From positions 4,402,001 through 4,466,000 of the forward strand of contig JBNRSN020000053.1 of the NCBI GenBank assembly GCA_051313645.2: a stretch of 64,000 bases of DNA, given 5' to 3'. Under the pieces are notes generated by a model, which was not told the origin of the DNA, searched no databases, and was given only the letters and a program-made list of their open reading frames with translations. The first letter of the stretch is position 1. Every line of letters begins with the position of its first letter. Source of the stretch: Centroscyllium fabricii. Lineage: Eukaryota. Below, one piece after another: positions 1 to 64,000 of this stretch. The position numbers and the translations under genes are program-made.

Positions 1-1070
1 TGTACCCGGGGGGGGGAGGGTATAATCCTCCTGTACCTGGAGGAGGGGGTAGAGTATTATCCTCCTGTACCTGGAGGGGGGGTAGAGTATAATCCTCCTG
101 TACCTGGAAGGGGGGGGGGGGGGGTAGGGTATAATCCTATTGTACCTGGAGGAGGGGGTAGAGTATAATCCTATTGTACCTGGAGGAGGGGGTAGAGTAT
201 AATCCTATTGTACCTGGAGGATGGGGTAGAGTATAATCCTATTGTACCTGGAGGAGGGGGTAGAGTATAATCCTATTGTACCTGGAGGGGGGGGGTAGAG
301 TATAATCCTATTGTACCTGGAGGAGGGGGTAGTAGAGTATAATCCTATTGTACCTGGAGGAGGGGGTAGAGTATAATCCTCCTGTACCTGGAGGAGGGGG
401 TAGAGTATAATCCTCCTGTACCTGGAGGAGGGGGGTGGGGTATAATCCTCCTGTACCTGGAGGAGGGGGTAGAGTATAATCCTCCTGTACCTGGAAGGGG
501 GGGGGGGGGGGGGGGTAGGGTATAATCCTATTGTACCTGGAGGAGGGGGTAGAGTATAATCCTATTGTACCTGGAGGAGGGGGTAGAGTATAATCCTATT
601 GTACCTGGAGGAGGGGGTAGAGTATAATCCTATTGTACCTGGAGGAGGGGGTAGAGTATAATCCTATTGTACCTGGAGGGGGGGGGTAAGAGTATAATCC
701 TATTGTACCTGGAGGAGGGGGTAGAGTATAATCCTCCTGTACCTGGAGGAGGGGGTAGAGTATAATCCTCCTGTACCTGGAGGAGGGGGGTGGGGTATAA
801 TCCTCCTGTACCTGGAGGAGGGGGTAGAGTATAATCCTCCTGTACCTGGAGGAGGGGGTAGAGTATAATCCTCCTGTACCTGGAGGGGGTAGAGTATAAT
901 CCTCCTGTACCTGGAGGAGGGGGTAGAGTATAATCCTCCTGTACCTGGAGGAGGGGGTAGAGTATAATCCTCCTGTACCTGGAGGAGGGGGTAGAGTATA
1001 ATCCTCCTGTACCTGGAGGAGGGGGGTAGAGTATAATCCTACTGTACCTGGAGGGGGGGGGGGTGGGTGT
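1..1070. repeat. 34-bp G-rich minisatellite (~30 copies, continues off window)
   Basis: Unit tgtacctggaggagggggtagagtataatcct(cc/at). Confidence 0.97.
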
Positions 1071-1619
1071 AACCCTAAATTAACTAGCATTGTGAGTTAA
1101 CGGAGCGGTAGCGGACAATTAACATCGAACAGAGAGGCCGGAGCAGGAACGGGACCCACGATGATGGCGCCCGAGAATGGCTGACGTCTTGCGGGCTCGT
1201 GTGTGCTGGGCAGCTTAATGTCCTTGTTTCACGGTGTGTTCGGGTCGCAAATAAGCATTTCACTGACTAGATTGTATTTAGTACATGGGACAATAAACTT
1301 GAACTTGAGATGGGAGTGAGAAAAACCTCAACTTTACTGCTGAAATCAAGTTTCATTTGGAAAATGAAAGAAAGAGTCTCTTTGCTCAATAAATAGGACA
1401 CTCCATGCTCGCGGAGAGAACTGGTATCTCAAGGCCTCGCAGGTCAGACCTGAAATATAAAGCTGGCAAAATGCGGCAGGGAGATGGATGTGGAGACTCG
1501 AGCTGCACAGTAAACGTGCCTCAACAGGTAGACTGGCGGCGAGCGGGATGCAGCGCCTCACTGCTGCAGAATAGCACAGCAAGGCCCAACCTACAAAATG
1601 GGAGTTATTTTGGGCAACA

Positions 1620-1681
1620 CCACACAACGGCAACACCAACCAACGTTCAACACCAAACGGACGGTTTCAATAAACTTTATT
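1620..1681 (-). terminator. Polyadenylation signal AATAAA plus GU-rich downstream element
   Basis: Plus tttatt at 1676-1681; downstream the minus strand reads gtttggtgttgaacgttggttggtgttg. Confidence 0.7.
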
Positions 1682-3857
1682 TGTAACACAGTTGTGGTAA
1701 CACCTGCAAACCACAGTTACAATTCAGTTTAGCGGTACTGGTGCGACACATGCTTAAGGCACTTTTTATAAAAATGTGTGTGTGTTGCAAACAGTTTCTA
1801 TAGCAACCCTGACAGGAAGAAAAATGCAGCAACTTTGAGTGAAACATAAATGTTGCAGCATGTAGAAAAGTGAGACACTTTTTTTTTACTCTCTTTGCCC
1901 AATACCTGTGTGTTGTGCGTGTAAAACACGTCAGAAACTACTCATCTCAATCCAAAGCTCCCAAACAATATTCAGTGAATAAGGGCAGGTGTGGGGGATC
2001 TCGCGCACCCAGGGCACATGGCCGTGCATCCCTCGCCAGACATGGACACTGAATTTAAAACTGTGCAGTTTAAGCTTTAGCACATTTTCCAGTTTTTTTT
2101 AATACATGTTTTTTTTAAACTGAAGGCCAGTGCTCAGAAAAAAAGGTCATGATTGGTCAGAGCAAATGGTTACATTATACATACATATATATATATAGAT
2201 TATATATATATAAAAATGAGAATCCATTAACAAATTTTTCTTGATTATATTTTTCCTGTTTAAATATATATTTGGTCCTTAAAAGAATCACAGGAAAGAA
2301 AGTCATTTTACAAATCCAGTATAGCTAACAGATCAAAAACTGTTCCAATACAACTATGAAGCAATAACTCATTAGATACAAATGAATATATATATCAATG
2401 CTTTTCCTTTTAACAGTCTTCTTGGATACCATTGCACAGTAAAACATTTACAGAGAGTCTTGGAACTGGCCGTGCTCGGCTTGGCTTGTTTGCATTGTTA
2501 GATGAGCATGTGTCTCCTCTCTCAGTACCAGCACTGTCCCCCTCTTACCCAGGGAGCTGGAAACAGCAAGCTTCACCAATAACTGGCTTCGGTGAGAGTT
2601 GTAATGTTTTGCATTTTGCACCACAGGGAGGTGTGCCACAGACAACTGGCAGTACCGGTTCGAAGCCTTACTTTAAGAACAGGAAGAAGCCCCACGTTCA
2701 CTGTTGTGGAGACTGACCAAGTCTCCAAACTAGGTCACTACCTCAAAACATTAATTGACGCAACGACTGGAGGGGAAAAAAAATGGCATATTCCCTTCTC
2801 CCTCCCTCCCTCCCCCCGCCCCATGAAAATGGACCGTTTTAGTGGCAGATCCCAAAAACTAAGGCTAGAAAAACAGGATTGTCACAATTTAGTTCACTGA
2901 AAATAGGAGAGTGTTGGGGAAATCACACTGGCTGAGCAGCAGCAAACAAGGTATGGACAAAGGCAAGCTGAACAGACAGGTTTCCAGTTAGAAGTTAATT
3001 CTTCTCTGTTGCTTCCTGAGCCATTTCACATCAGTAGGAAAAAAGGAAACTTTAAAATTCTGTTCTCGAACCCACCGAAATCTCTCGGGCAGTGATCGGG
3101 TAGCCTGCTGCAACCTAGGAGGTCCCTCCAAGCAGCAAGGCTTCAAATATGAAATGAGACATTTCCATTTTACTGTGCAGAGCTGCTGTTCACACACAGC
3201 ATCAATGCTTGCCTCTGCAAGTGGGTTTTCAGGTCATCGCTTGTGCCACGTGTGCAACACCCGTTGATGTTTGTGAACCATTGAATTGTCTGACACACTC
3301 TGTGTGTGAGCCCCACCAAATGGTTTTAAAGGATTGTCTAAACAAAGTAAGAGTTCTGTTGTCTAAAATTAGACACTCGTTCCAAAAGCCTCTTGCCCGA
3401 CAAAATGCTACATTCCTGAATCACAATACTAAAACAGTAAGCCAGGTTAACCGAAAGCTCTTTCTTAAAGCCAATGAAAAGATTGCTCCACAGGCTCAAC
3501 TCCAGGCCAAGTCTGGTCACAAGCTGAGAATCGCTGAGCCGTCATTAATTTGAAGAAAAGGAATTATATGCCGGGGTTAAACCATACCCCTCCTTATCTG
3601 GGTGCGCTGCTGCACATACGAGCCTTGTTCTTCCGGATACACAGTACAGTAACTGTTCTCTGCTATTAGCACATTACAAAATTATTTAGAAAGAGTTTAT
3701 TAAAGCTGAGGGGGGAAAGGAGCGAGAGAAAGAGAGAGAGTGCCCTGATGTTACCAGTTGCAGCATAAAATACACAGCTATGCATTTTATAAAATCTTAA
3801 TAACAATTGGCCCAATGGTGGCGTTTATACTGCGAGTCCAGGTTGGCGCTTTGGCAG
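1660..3857 (-). other. MYH9: MYH9 3'UTR (~2.2 kb, no recognised transposons)
   Basis: Lies between the stop codon and AATAAA at 1676-1681; end point inferred. Confidence 0.7.
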
Positions 3858-62033
<58,176 letters not shown>

Positions 62034-62247
62034 TCAGAAAGGAGCGAGAGGAAGACTGTACCACACGCCAACCGATGGTTTGTGTCACATATTCACCAAA
62101 TGCAAATCCGCTCTTCCAACCAAGCCAAGATCAGCAAAATTCCTGCCTTGTTTCTTCCTCGACATAGATCTGATCACCAGCTAATCGGAACTGCCGACAT
62201 TCCAACCTTGGACCATGTAAACTTAACACTCCATCACAACTTAATTT

Positions 62248-62627
62248 AGAAACATAGAAGATAGGAGCAGGAGTCGGCCATTCGAGCCTGCTCCGCCATT
62301 CAATGAGATCATGGCTGATCATCCAAACCCAGTACCCTGTCCCGGCCTTGTCCCCATATCCCTCGATCCCTATCGAACCTGCACCGACACATATCCCACC
62401 CTATCCCCGTAACCCCACATATTTAACCCCCCGAACACTAAGGGTCAATTTATCCTGGCCAATCAACCTAACCCGCACATCTTTGGACTGTGGGAGGAAA
62501 CCGGAGCAGCCGGAGGAAACCCACGCAGACACAGGGAGAATGTGCAAACTCCACACAGATAGTACCCGAGGCTGAATTTGAACCCAGGTCTCCAGTGCTG
62601 TGCTAACCACTATGCCACCGTGCCGCC
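62248..62627 (-). mobile_element. HE1-like V-SINE
   Basis: Reverse complement of the 49365 copy. Confidence 0.9.
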
Positions 62628-63405
62628 ATATTTAGGATTCTATCATACAAAGAGTCAACAATGAAATTTATGATCAGCTACAGTGGCACAGATTGGAAAC
62701 CCACCTACACGTGGAGTGATATTTTCGTAACGAGATACTGTACGTCCAGCTTGGTCACATTTAAGTGTCTTGCTCCATTATGTTGATAGCTCCGCCAAAA
62801 AAGATTTCACTATGAAGCTTGGCATATCTGATGATGGGTCGTACACTGGAAATGTCAATAACCTGCCCCTTCCCTTTACAGATGCTGACTGATCGACAGT
62901 GTATTTCCAATGATTTCAGCTTTGCATATATTTACACATGCCTAGGGTAGTCACTTAATTTATAATTTCCTTCCCCCACATAAACTTGATTGGATGAGAT
63001 AAAGAAAAAATTACAAAGGAGATGTATATTTAACTAGTTTCAATAGCTCATTGTCTCCACTGAACAATAACAAGCGTTTATTTTACCTTTTGGTATACTG
63101 AACAGGTAGCTCGATAGAAGTGTTATTACCCGTTTCTAGTTGGGAATTCTATTACGAGAGCAAACGACTTTTGCAAAATATCCAGTCATGAAGTTAAAAT
63201 AAATGAGGACGTTTACATAAACAAGACTTTTACATCCACTTAGCCAAATCCAGACTCCAATACCACCCTTAACTTGAAACTAAATTGGCAATGTCACTCA
63301 GGTTGGTGTAGTGTAGTGATGGTTGGTGTGGGGAAAATGAGAAAAAACTGTCACTGCTACAGAAGGGGCACTCATAAGAACATAAGAAATAGGGGCAGGA
63401 GTCAT

Positions 63406-63797
63406 GGGCGGCATGGTGGCACAGTGGTTAGCATTGTTGTCTCACAGCACTGGAGACCCGGGTTCAAATCCAGCCGGGTACTATCTGTGTGGAGTTTGCA
63501 CATTCTCCCCGTGTCTGCGTGGGTTTCCTCCGGGTGCTCCGGTTTCCTCCCACAGTCCAAAGATGTGCGGGTTAGGTTGATTGGCCATGATAAATTGACC
63601 CTTAGTGTTGGGGTGATTGAATATGTGGGGTTACGGGGATAGGGTGGGATATGTGTTGATGCAGGCTCGATAGGGATATGGGGAGAGGGCAGGGGCAGGA
63701 TACTGGGTTTGGATGATCAGCCATGATCTCATTGAATGGCGGAGCAGGCTTGAAGGGCCGAATGGCCTACTCCTGCTCCTAGTTTCTATGTTTCTAT
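63406..63797 (+). mobile_element. HE1-like V-SINE inserted in a minus-strand CR1 3'UTR (63373-64000)
   Basis: Full SINE; the flanks rejoin to match 58205-58470. Confidence 0.88.
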
Positions 63798-64000
63798 GAG
63801 TAGGCCATTCAACAAGATCATGGCTGATCTGATCCTAACCTCCAATCCACTTTCACTCTCCATCCCACCCGAACCCATGTGATCTCCTGGGAGGGGCGAA
63901 AAACCAGATAAAAAACCCAGTGGTCAATTTGGGAGAAAAAAATCTGGTTAATTTCTCTCCGACCCATCTAGGCGATCGAAACTGGTCCAGGAGATCACAT

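Noticed and set aside
596-1090. 164-aa proline-rich ORF
   Set aside because: Translation of the 34-bp minisatellite.
2738-2745. let-7 seed match ctacctca
   Set aside because: It lies on the plus strand, antisense to the mRNA.

Overview
Eukaryotic genomic DNA, probably from a shark or other cartilaginous fish, judging by HE1/V-SINE-like, DeuSINE-like, CR1 and Penelope repeats. The window holds the 3' three-quarters of a non-muscle myosin IIA heavy chain gene (MYH9) on the minus strand. I resolved 29 constitutive coding exons by hand (human-equivalent exons 13-41). They join into a 4500-nt open frame (1499 aa + TAA), followed by a ~2.2-kb 3'UTR; the 5' exons lie beyond the window end. The tail RRGDLPF...ISDDDVEG...KAAE* identifies MYH9. 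Main observations: (1) a 63-nt in-frame loop-2 cassette exon resembling the MYH10 B2 insert, absent from the ORF track, with a nearby candidate poison exon and an RBFOX/QKI motif cluster; (2) two GC-AG introns; (3) minimal hammerhead ribozymes in Penelope termini, including short palindromic TSD-flanked elements; (4) TA-flanked MITEs carrying tandem NRF1/YY1 motifs; (5) a solo LTR; (6) miR-124 and miR-133 8mer sites; (7) two minisatellites. Family names and human comparisons come from recalled consensus sequences, not database searches. Repeat boundaries are approximate; exon boundaries were counted base by base.
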